Shown here in pieces: positions 1 to 9,563 of a stretch of DNA of 10,649 nucleotides. Location: assembly GCF_006345805.1 (NCBI RefSeq), contig NW_021827364.1, positions 1 to 10,649 on the forward strand, in the 5' to 3' direction. The position numbers were made by a program, and so were the translations under genes. Numbering within the stretch: the stretch's first letter is position 1; every line of letters begins with the position of its first letter. Source of the stretch: Octopus sinensis (taxonomy: Eukaryota). The notes under the pieces are model-generated. The model ran no database searches. It saw only the letters and a list, made by a program, of their open reading frames with translations, and was not told the DNA's origin.

Positions 1-2
1 GA

Positions 3-70
3 ATACATACATACAACATACATACATACATACATCATACATACTACATACATACATACATACATACATA
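3..70. repeat. (TACA)n microsatellite, imperfect
   Basis: Tandem ATAC/TACA units visible directly. Confidence 0.9.
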
Positions 71-129
71 AAAGCAATAAGAAAACAAAGAAAATCTTTA
101 AGACATCTTTCATGATTCGTTACAATTCT

Positions 130-390
130 ACTATAGCCACGGGCTGGCCAGATGGAAAGTGAATGAAGCCTCTAACATATGTGTGTGTGTTGTTTGTGTG
201 TGCGTGTGTGTCTTTGTGTCTGTGTTTATACCCACCACCGCTTGACCACTGCTATGAGTATGCTTAAGTTCGCCGTAACTGAGCGGTTTGGCAACAGAGA
301 CCGATAATATAATCGCAAGTTTCAAAGAACAATAAGCGCTGGGCTCAATTCATTGGCCGCAGTCTAATGAATAATATAAGAAAATAAAAG
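130..390 (+). mobile_element. Degenerate 3' portion of an Octopus-type SINE with internal (GT)n tract
   Basis: Motif order ctatagcc..gggc..cca / (GT)n / tctttgtgtctgtgttt / cgcttgac / ccgtaact.agcggtt.ggcaa.agagaccgat / tggccgcagtc.aatga / A-rich tail matches my recollection of an abundant octopus SINE body and tail. The tRNA head is absent. Recall only, no search run. Confidence 0.65.
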
Positions 391-433
391 CTTTCCATAC
401 ATACATACATAAACACGCGCACGCATACATATA

Positions 434-639
434 CAGAATGGCCCAAAAGTAGGTTTACAGTTATCAATTTAAATTACTTTTAAAACATTTTATTACGTTT
501 AAATTTCTATCTTACAATTAACTAAATTAGCATCGAATAATGGTTTCAATTTTTTTTTTATAATTAAGATCAAAACTGTTAACATATGAATACGAAATCA
601 ATAGTTGAATAACTGTAAAACTACTTTTGAGCCAGCCTG
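434..639. mobile_element. Tc1/mariner-type MITE (206 bp) with 31-bp TIRs and TA target-site duplication
   Basis: Left TIR 434-464 CAGAATGGCCCAAAAGTAGGTTTACAGTTAT vs reverse complement of 609-639 CAGGCTGGCTCAAAAGTAGTTTTACAGTTAT (27/31 identical). TA at 432-433 and 640-641; AT-rich non-coding interior. Confidence 0.88.
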
Positions 640-897
640 TATGTACGTATGTACGTATACAAGTTGAAGATTACATCACTCAACGACCAGCAGACTGGCT
701 GCGTCATTGCTGTGAAATACAGTCCGATATCACGCTAAAATTCTTCTATGTTTAAATTCTCTAAGGCTCAGAGCAAAGCAGACAATATGAATAATAATTA
801 GCTGTAACAGAAGCCGTTGATATTTCCAAATGTAAATTATATATAAAACATTTGTCAGCGTAGTTCAAGACCTATAGCGAAACACTCTAATACCATG

Positions 898-952
<55 letters not shown>
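898..952. repeat. Compound (TA)n(GA)n microsatellite
   Basis: Direct inspection. Confidence 0.9.
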
Positions 953-953
<1 letters not shown>

Positions 954-1113
954 AAGAGAAAATGGAGGGAAAATAGCAAAGGGAAGTGTGTCTTTAGGAG
1001 TGGAGCCATTAATCTATTACTCCCATGGTGTTAATATGTTTTCGATTTTAGGTTTTACTTTGAAATACACTAACAGACTCTCATATATATGTACGTATAT
1101 ATATTTACATAGG

Positions 1114-1199
<86 letters not shown>
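1114..1199. repeat. Perfect (AGAT)n/GATA tetranucleotide microsatellite, ~21 units
   Basis: Uninterrupted TAGA units. Confidence 0.95.
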
Positions 1200-1502
1200 C
1201 GTGTACATGTGTGTGTGGGTGTGCGAACACACGGGCATTATCTTGTGGGGCCAAAGAGAATTTGCTGTTGTGCGGTCTCAGGTTAGTTGTGGTCAAACAA
1301 ATGTAGGCTAAAAAAATGTCCCAATTGCAACAATCTCATCGTATATTGTTTTATAGAACCTTTATTTAAAGGAAGTAGGAATTCAGCTGCCGCTTTCAGG
1401 AGGTGAAGTAACTATGTGCCAGTTGGCTGGGGAACAGGTTTATATATGTGTATGTGTGTGTGTGTGTGTAGCTATGGTGATGCAAACAAGAAAGTATGCG
1501 TT

Positions 1503-1538
1503 TATAATATATAATATAATAATAATAATATAATAATA

Positions 1539-1576
<38 letters not shown>

Positions 1577-1655
1577 TAATAATATAATAATAATAATAAT
1601 ATAAATTAAAATAATAATAATAATAATAATAATATAATAAAAAATAATAATAATA

Positions 1656-1699
<44 letters not shown>

Positions 1700-1719
1700 T
1701 AATAATAATATAAATAATA
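1503..1719. repeat. Long imperfect (AAT)n microsatellite
   Basis: ~215 bp of AAT units with occasional slips. Confidence 0.95.
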
Positions 1720-1721
1720 TA

Positions 1722-1752
1722 TTGGGTTGGCAACTAAGTTCCTGCCGCTTTT
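1722..1752 (+). mobile_element. Solo mariner-like terminal inverted repeat (truncated element)
   Basis: TA|TTGGGTTGGCAACTAAGTTCCTGCCGCTTTT resembles mariner TIRs as recalled (TTGGGTTGGCAACTAAGTAATTGCGGATTT-type; cf. Hsmar1/MADE1 TTAGGTTGGTGCAAAAGTAATTGCGG). Preceded by TA; no partner TIR found in the window. Confidence 0.6.
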
Positions 1753-2074
1753 GTAAATTTAAATAATATCATGAAAGCAATTTTTGAAAACTGTTTCGAA
1801 CCCCAGGTTTCCGTTTCTCACACCAGGTGGAACTTAAAGGAGAATGGTACCACACAAAATATACTTAGCTCCATGCATACAAGGTGCTAACAGTTTCGTA
1901 CTTTTTATCAAACCATTACTGCTTTGAAACAAAATTCTAAAGTTTTCACTGAAAACTCGCGTGGGATTTCTGATTTGAAGCTACCATTCCTGTGAGGTTG
2001 ATCCTTGTGTAAAATCAACTAAGCAGTTTTCTATTCTTAAGAACTTTTCCTATGTAAGAACCATAAACATATAC

Positions 2075-2272
2075 GCATGTAGCCTATTGGTTAAGCTGTT
2101 GCACTCACGATCTTTAGATTGTTGGTTCGATTCCTCGACTGGGTGGCGTGTCGTGTTCTTAAGCCAAAAACTTCATTTCACGTTTCTCCAGTCACTTTCT
2201 CGTCCTCCACAGCGGAGGCTGAAGGCTAAAACAACGCAAAAGAGCATTGTGACCAGCGATGTGTAACCACGT
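2075..2272 (+). mobile_element. tRNA-derived SINE (degenerate)
   Basis: Pol III A box TAGCCTATTGG (2080-2090) and B box GGTTCGATTCC (2124-2134) at tRNA-like spacing. These are followed by a SINE-body-like gtgttcttaagc..aaaacttcatttcacgtt and a tail gaaggctaaaacaa..gcattgtgaccagcgatgtg recalled from octopus SINEs. Confidence 0.8.
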
Positions 2273-2377
2273 CGGATTTAAATATATATACCATTTTCTC
2301 TTTCCATGAACGTACTCCAAATTTCCCTCCTTTATACACCTCTCTGTAATATGTGTGTGTGATCTATATTTGTTATG

Positions 2378-2414
<37 letters not shown>
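2378..2414. repeat. (TA)n microsatellite flanking the ribozyme-bearing unit
   Basis: Direct inspection. Confidence 0.85.
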
Positions 2415-2416
<2 letters not shown>

Positions 2417-2769
2417 GAGTAGTTGAATGAATTATCTTATTAAGGATAATTCGAAAGATAACCGATACCTGGGTAGCAAATTCACATCAGAAAGAACACG
2501 GTTGAAGCTACGTCCCTAGGGCATAGACTGCGTGTCTTCGTGCGGAAATTTGTATGTTTATTTTAAAATTATAAGTATATGAAAGAATGGAGTTGAACGA
2601 CTAGTTAACAAATATCCTTTATTCTCGACATATGTTTCGAAGGCTGCATATTCCTAATTCCGAAGGAATAAGGAGTACATTATGCAGATTTCTCATCAGG
2701 AAAATCAAGGAACTTATGTCGACATCAAAATGCACAAAAAACTTTTAGCTGACCGCTCTCAAGGAACCC
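2415..2769 (-). mobile_element. Putative hammerhead-containing short retroelement (retrozyme / non-autonomous Penelope-like unit)
   Basis: ~355 bp of complex non-coding sequence bounded by (TA)n at both ends. Contains a full hammerhead core, with AATAAA 3 nt downstream of the predicted cleavage site on the minus strand. Boundaries are inferred from the microsatellite edges. Confidence 0.55.
2615..2711 (-). ncRNA. Type I hammerhead ribozyme
   Basis: Minus strand reads UCCUUGAUUUUC-CUGAUGA-[54-nt stem II: GAA..CUGCAUA..UCCU.AUUCC-UUC-GGAAU.AGGA.UAUGCAG..UUC]-GAAA-CAUAUG-UC/GAGAAUAAAGGA. All core nucleotides are present (CUGAUGA = 2699-2693, GAAA = 2638-2635, GUC = 2629-2627). Stem I has 11/12 pairs including one G-U; stem III is the palindrome ACAUAUGU. 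Predicted cleavage is between 2627 and 2626. Confidence 0.85.
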
Positions 2770-3676
2770 ATATATATACATACAAAATAATTCGGACTTG
2801 TTCTTGCTGACCATGCGACTTTACCTGAGCCTGCATAATACCTGAACATAATATTTTGCGGAAACGTTCTTTTCGCGATTTAACATCACACAGAACTAAG
2901 TATGTTCCTTTTCGTTCATATCTTTTTGTTATAATGAATTCTATTCGGAAGTACAACATGGTTCACCTCCCAGTTTTCTGTCCAGTCGAACACAGTTCAA
3001 CTGCCTCTGTTGAAAGTCAACTTACGTATTTTATGAGATTTGTTTAAAGCGGTTTTCGTTTCTCTTCTCTTCTTTTTCCTTTCGTTTTCCTTGTTTGTTT
3101 TGTTAGTTAACTCTAAACTTCAGCAACTCTGTTGAAAATAATTCTTTTACCTGTTTTGGTTTTTTTTTTTGTATTTGTTTCGCAAGATTCTTTGTGCGAA
3201 TTTGTGTGTTGAAACAAATCTTGTATCTTGGGGCGATCATTACACCAATAATAACTTCACTTCTTAATTGTTAGTCAATTGACCAAATTCACTAACAATA
3301 AAAAAAAGTGATATTCAAACAAGCCACAGTAAGATAATTCTTTTATATTATTTATTTTTTCTTTTTTGTTTGAAATCTGTTTGTGTGGGTTTACTGTATT
3401 GTTCCTGCTTAACAATATGATATAAGGCGTCTAAGTCCATTTCAGATCCAATTTTCTGTTTTCTCTCCTCGTGTATTTTATATTTAATTGTTTAATGTAT
3501 TTGTTATTATTCCTTCTTTTATTCTATAAACAATACAATTTGTTTTTTGTAATTTTTCCATCGCGGTGGTGGCGGATAGTTTCGTCATTACACCAATAAA
3601 AGGAAGTTTTAGATATGCTACCGCAAATGTACATGCTAAGCACAAAATAATAACGCAGTATGCAGTATGAGCTACC

Positions 3677-3725
3677 GAGAGTGAGAGAGAGAGAGAGAGA
3701 GAGAAGGGGGGAGAGACAGAGAGAG
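3677..3725. repeat. (GA)n purine-rich microsatellite
   Basis: Direct inspection. Confidence 0.8.
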
Positions 3726-4042
3726 GTTAGAGATGGGGCATGTGAAAATATTGTTGAAACATGCACGGTTCAACCGTTCTTTGGAACAAGTCTATTGGAA
3801 CAGAAGACCACAACCATATTTCACCAATGATTTATTGAACCAACGATCTGTTGATGGTTGAATCAAGAGAGATCTACATTTTTATGGGATAGAATACTGA
3901 AATACGTTACTAAACATATTAATTATGGTACTGATATGTTACTAAACCACGTTGTATACGAAAATACAAACACAGAGGGATTGCGACAACAGCAGTGCAC
4001 CAGGATAGAGAAGTGAATACATTCCCAGCCTCTGATATCAGT

Positions 4043-4180
4043 TATACATACATACATACACAAATACACATACACGCATATATAAACACGCGCACACACA
4101 CACACATCAGTTATATACATATATGTTTGTATGTGAGCGATTATATATATATATACATACCCACACACATATATATATAT

Positions 4181-4221
<41 letters not shown>

Positions 4222-4304
4222 GTATGTATGTATTGTATGTATGTATGTATGTATGTATGTATGTATATGTATGTATGTAGTATGCATGGCATGTATGTAT
4301 GTAT
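4043..4304. repeat. Compound (TACA)/(CA)/(TA)n/(TATG)n microsatellite region
   Basis: Direct inspection; mixed degenerate units. Confidence 0.85.
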
Positions 4305-4312
4305 AGCAGAGC

Positions 4313-4611
4313 GAAGGCGCAATGGCTCAGTAGTTAGGGCAGTGGACTCGCGGTCGAGGGTCGCGGTTTCGACTCCCAGACCGGGCTTTGTGAGTGTTTA
4401 TTGAGCGAAAACACTTAAAGCTCCAGAGGCTCGGCAGGATGGCGAACCCTGCTGTACTCTTTCACCACAACTTTCTCTCACCTTTCTTCCTGCTTCTGTT
4501 GTACAAGTATTTCGATGGGCCAGCCTTGTCACACTGAATCTTCCCTAGAACTACATTAATGGTACACATGTCTGTGGAGTGCTCAGCCACTTAGCCGTTA
4601 ATTCACAACAA
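4313..4611 (+). mobile_element. tRNA-derived SINE (Octopus-type), 3'-truncated
   Basis: Head GGCGCAATGGCTCAGTAGTTAGGGCAGTGGACTCGCGG with A box TGGCTCAGTAG (4323-4333) and B box-like GGTTTCGACTCC (4365-4376). The body gtgtttattgagcgaaaacac..aaagctcc..ccctgctgtactctttcaccacaac..gtctgtggagtgctcagccactt is recalled from an abundant octopus SINE. Ends at a (TA)n tract. Confidence 0.85.
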
Positions 4612-4612
4612 G

Positions 4613-4647
<35 letters not shown>

Positions 4648-4749
4648 ATATATATAATATATATTATATATACGTTGTGTGTGTGTGTGTGTTGTGTGTG
4701 TGTGTGTGTGTGGTGGTGTTGTACGCATACATATATATATATATATACA
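4613..4749. repeat. Compound (TA)n/(GT)n/(TA)n microsatellite
   Basis: Direct inspection. Confidence 0.9.
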
Positions 4750-5219
4750 TCAAATATAGAATAAATTTCTTCGAAAAAAATTCTATCAATGGCCAGCATA
4801 TTAAAAAATACCTTTAAATTATATGGTTATTGACGATTTGTCTATTTTCAGCATATTTGGCATTAGAATTTTTGTTTCTTTTACCCTTGTTTATAAGTTT
4901 ATATATATGAAATTTACTGTACGTTAACTATGAGTTGTTCAATGCTATTGTTTAGTGCACTGTATGCTGTACTTTCCGGCGTATAACGTGAACATGTATT
5001 ATAAACATTCAAAAGTCACCACTATCTTTCTAAATCCTCTTGTATTTCACATGGATTTTTTAGTTCTCCAAAGTTGTCCTGATGTATTAGAGCCTACCTT
5101 TCTTTGACTATAAATTTTCCTCTGAAGAATTCGCGTAGTATGCCGGTAAATACGCAATCTTCAAATTCTAACTAACATTTTATGTAATAGATAGATATAA
5201 ATAGTTTATCTCTTTGTAC

Positions 5220-5407
5220 AAGCAGTTCTCAACTGCGGGCTCAAGTGGCCCTCAAGCACCCTTCCGGCGGCCCTTGAAGGCCTTCACTGTATAGATATAA
5301 TAGCTTTTTTTTTTTAAGTGACTTGGGTTTTAAATTTTTGAGCAGTCCCCTGATAGAAATCCAGGTTATCGATCTGGCCCGGATAATAAAAAGCTTGAGA
5401 TCCATTG
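5220..5407. mobile_element. Degenerate hAT (Charlie-like) MITE, ~188 bp
   Basis: Left end AAGCAGTTCTCAAC and right end (reverse complement) CAATGGATCTCAAG both approximate the hAT-Charlie-type TIR CAGYGGTTCTCAAC. Subterminal GGCCC motifs occur at both ends. The flanking 8-mers CTTTGTAC (5212-5219) and CTATATAC (5408-5415) match 6/8, consistent with a decayed 8-bp TSD. Confidence 0.55.
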
Positions 5408-5666
5408 CTATATACAGTAATTCCGTGGGCAGGAAAAATTGGTACCAGCTGGATTACTTTCCCTCCTATCTTAAGATTCCATCCGTTATTGAGTCCTTTC
5501 TATATCTTTCTGCAGGCTAGATTGGAAAGTCCAATTTGCGTATGCAACGCATTTTTGACAACTAGCGTGATTAATAATTCAGTGCAGATATGTTGATATA
5601 TTAAATTATTGTCGATATATATACTGTAGCACAGAGTACCACAAGTTTATATGCATCTGCGTCACT

Positions 5667-5685
5667 TTATTATTATTATTTATTA

Positions 5686-5721
<36 letters not shown>

Positions 5722-5741
5722 CATCGTCATCATCATCATTA
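5667..5741. repeat. (ATT)n grading into (ATC)n microsatellite
   Basis: Direct inspection. Confidence 0.9.
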
Positions 5742-5844
5742 CCATCTTTCTGTGGTTATATTCATGCTGTTTGCAAGAATTTCCTTTTGATAGAGCTGCA
5801 AATAAATATACAAACATGCATATACATACACACAGAGGCATGGT

Positions 5845-5890
5845 GTATAACATATATACATATAGCTATATGCATGTATAGATATATGCA

Positions 5891-5955
<65 letters not shown>

Positions 5956-6040
5956 AGAGAGAGAGAAGAAATATAACGTATGTATACATACATACATATA
6001 TATATAACTACGCACACACCACACACACACACAGACACAT
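5845..6040. repeat. Compound (TA)n/(GA)n/(TACA)n/(CA)n microsatellite region
   Basis: Direct inspection. Confidence 0.85.
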
Positions 6041-6176
6041 GTATAGTTAGCGAATAACAGCCAAATGTTGAAAAACATTTTCCCCATGAGAGAAAATTTC
6101 CATTCATAATTACTTTTGTAAGGGAAGAAAATGACAAAGAATTGGAAAAAAATGTACAAAACAAATACGTAAATAT

Positions 6177-6177
6177 G

Positions 6178-6222
<45 letters not shown>

Positions 6223-6236
6223 CTGTGTGTGTGTTG
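6177..6236. repeat. (GT)n microsatellite
   Basis: Direct inspection. Confidence 0.9.
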
Positions 6237-6395
6237 TGATGTACTGTTTCGTGACAGAAAATTCAACAAAAAATTGTACTCAGAGATAGATATTAATTCG
6301 TTATATTTGGTTTGTGCCTGATGAATATATTTGAAATATTTCTCAACATATGAAACTATTTAGTAGCACTTGAACACATGTATCATGTCCAAATA

Positions 6396-6399
<4 letters not shown>

Positions 6400-6453
<54 letters not shown>

Positions 6454-6524
6454 GAGATGAAGAGAGAGGGGGAGGAGGGAGAAAGACAGACAGACGGAAG
6501 GAGAAAGAGAAAGAAAAGGAAAGA
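6400..6524. repeat. (TA)n followed by GA-rich purine tract
   Basis: Direct inspection. Confidence 0.85.
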
Positions 6525-6929
6525 ATTGGTATACTGAAGGTGACTAAATGACTAAATAGTAAATACCGCAAAAGCGAAAATACATCAGAACGAAAGGTTC
6601 AGAAAAAAGAATAAAGAACAAGCAACAGGCAAAAGAATACGTTTTAAAAATTGTTTGGTTTACTGCTGTTAAGTAGCAAAAGAAGAAATAAATACGATAT
6701 AAAAGAGGGGAAAAGTATATGAAAAAGAGAGCAGGTAAGAAAACCCCAGAGATATGTCGTCCGTAACGGATTATCGACAGACATAGTGTTGTATTGTATC
6801 GATGAACTGACCGGAGAAGTGCAACAAGAATGTTTGACAGGTGAAAATCTAGAAATATACGAAAATAAATTTGACAGTTTTTTCCTGTTTTTAAATGGCT
6901 TAAATGACCCTTCCACGAAATAAATGTCA

Positions 6930-6933
<4 letters not shown>

Positions 6934-6967
<34 letters not shown>

Positions 6968-7298
6968 TATATATATTATATATATAATTATAATAATTTT
7001 ATTATATATATATATTATAATTATATATATATATAATATATATAATATTTATATATTAATATCTATATATATATATATAATATTATATATATATATATAA
7101 TTTTTATATATATATATAATAATTATATATATATATATCAAATTATATATATTATATATATAATTATATATATAATATATTCATATATACATTATAATAT
7201 ATACCATATATGTATGTATTATGTATGTAATGTATGTATGCATGTATGTATGTATGTATGTATGTATGTATGTATGTATGTATGTATGTATGTATGTA
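6934..7298. repeat. Long degenerate (TA)n tract (~275 bp) followed by (TATG)n
   Basis: Almost pure A/T from 6934 to ~7210, then TATG units. Confidence 0.92.
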
Positions 7299-7573
7299 TA
7301 ATCCAGTGTCATCTCTCACTCTCTTTCGCTCCCTCACATACGCACACTCCCTTTCTCGCTCCCCCTCATTCTGCTACCCTTTTTCGCTACCCTGCCCCCT
7401 TTCTTTCAATCTCTTCTTGACGTTGTTTTTATTTTTCATTTTTTTTTCTTTCTTTCTATATTACAAACACAGAGGACCAGGTTGAATCAAAATGAACAGA
7501 ATTTGATTTCGATGCCCACAAGTGTATTGTCGATACATGTATGTGTAAACCGTTTATTACGATATTTAAGCAA

Positions 7574-7808
7574 ATACATACATATATACACACCTCTATA
7601 CGTACATATAGACAGACATACATAGATATATGCATACAAACATATATACGCATCCACAAACACATACATTTATATATCTATATATATATAAATATTCATA
7701 CCTAAATATATATATATATGTATATATATAGTATGTAGTATATATGTATGTATGCATGTATATATGTATATGTGTATAAGTATGTATATATGTGTATATG
7801 TGTGAGTG
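7574..7808. repeat. Degenerate TA/TACA/TATG low-complexity region
   Basis: Direct inspection. Confidence 0.8.
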
Positions 7809-8039
7809 TAGATTTTGAGTGTCCTTAAAGTCATTGTGCAGTTGGAATCGTCAATAATTTCTTTTCTAAACAAGCTGTAAAAAAATTGGAAGAACGGATT
7901 CAAATGTCATTAAAGCTCTTAAGCTTATCAAAGAGATTTTGTATGCACAAGGCCTTTATGGGCATTGAATGTACAGTATGGCTTTTCGCATGTGTGCGTA
8001 GGTTTATGCACATGTACTGCAGTATGTGAGTTCTGTGTC

Positions 8040-8609
8040 TGTGTATATAAATATATATATATATATATATATGCGTGCATGTGTTTGTGCATGTGTTTGT
8101 GCATGTGTGTGTGTGTGTGTGTGCACATTCCGGTTTCCTGATTGCAAAAAACATACATGTACACACTAACACATACACGGAAACACACACACAAATCTCA
8201 CACACACTCACACACACATGCATACATATATATACATGCACACCGATTTTCGCACACAAGTAAGCAAAGAAACAAACACGCACGATTGTATGAGATGCTT
8301 TTATTCTGTTGTAATCTCATAATCCACTGCATATTCATATATATATATATATACATACAAGCATACATACGTACGTACATACGTTCATACATACATAAAC
8401 ATATATATATATACGTATGTATTCGTTCTTGTGTGTATATATATATGCATGTTTTTGTATGTGTGTATATACATATGTCTTTGTATGTGTGTATGCATGC
8501 AGTAGATGTGTTTACATACGCATTTTATGATTTAATACTAGCCAGTCTTCCTCGTAATATATGCTAACAACATACATATATATATATATATGTAATATAT
8601 ATTATATAT

Positions 8610-8663
<54 letters not shown>

Positions 8664-8704
8664 CATACATATGTAACTACACACATGCATGTATATATAT
8701 ATAT
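8040..8704. repeat. Cluster of TA/GT/CA/TACA microsatellites with short unique spacers
   Basis: Direct inspection. Confidence 0.8.
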
Positions 8705-9563
8705 GACTTAGTGTTATTCTGGTTTATTTAAGTCAACTATTGCCTAAATTTCAAACCTCTGCCCAAACTCTAAACAAAACCCTTAGCTGAACCCTATATA
8801 TTATTAGGATTTTTAGTTTTAGTTTTACTTTTTTTAAACTCTCCTACGAGTTGACGTTTCGTAAGTTATCACTTCATCATCACATAAGTTTTTTTTTTTT
8901 CGCTGTTGTTTCGTTTGCTGTTCTTATCACTTGGAATGCTATATGTACGTATCGTGGATTGTGCGTGTCGTGGATTATAAAGTTTGCTTCTTGCTGTATT
9001 GTAGTTGCTACTGCTTGCTTCTCTTGAAATTGATATTTTGTTCCATGTCCGTTGCTAACTTCTTTATTTCTATTAAATATAAATTTACACAATTCCATAA
9101 TATACAAATCGTATTTATTCGAATACGAAACTAAACATGGTTCCCATCATGGCGTTACAATACTGGTATCGCTTGCATTACCTGTGGCCCTTATAAATGT
9201 AAAGTTAAGAGAAAATATTTAGGAAACGAGAGTTTCCGTTACTTTTTCAGCCACATTTCGGCGTATCTCTCTCCTTTCTCTCTTATATCTCCACATTCTA
9301 TTTCGATTTCTCAATTTTTTCGACACAACACTTCAATATGTCTCTCTCTCCCTCTTTTTTTCACTCTTTCACACACACACACATACTCTCTCTCTCACTC
9401 TGTTTCATCATCTTCTCTACATATTCTTTTTTCCATTATATACGTTCCCTTGGTAACTATCCAACCTCATAGTAGAAGCTAACCCTTTATATGGACCCAC
9501 CAAATTATTTATAGCATTTTTCTACATGTAAAAAAACATCAAGCCATCGATAGACTTGGCTAG

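Noticed and set aside
2075-2140. Functional tRNA gene (same consideration for 4313-4385)
   Set aside because: A and B boxes are present, but acceptor and anticodon stems pair poorly and the sequence continues into SINE bodies.
2447-2492. Possible second hammerhead within the unit (minus strand CTGATGTG...TTCGAAT)
   Set aside because: Two core positions deviate and no convincing stems I and III can be drawn.
2759-2959. Minus-strand ORF MLYFRIEF... with a possible CAG/GTAAAG donor near 2824
   Set aside because: No recognisable homology and no partner exons identified; cannot be supported as coding.
5493-5596. Strong polypyrimidine-CAG acceptor at ~5515 followed by a short open frame
   Set aside because: No convincing donor or recognisable peptide; such signals are common by chance.
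6318-6342. CTGATGA-ATATATTT-GAAATATTTC hammerhead-like core
   Set aside because: No credible stem II or stem I and stem III is out of register; likely chance in AT-rich DNA.
895-8567. Numerous 60-176 aa ORFs rich in YI, HT, CV, YLSI or poly-I
   Set aside because: They are translations of stop-free microsatellites, with no domain content.
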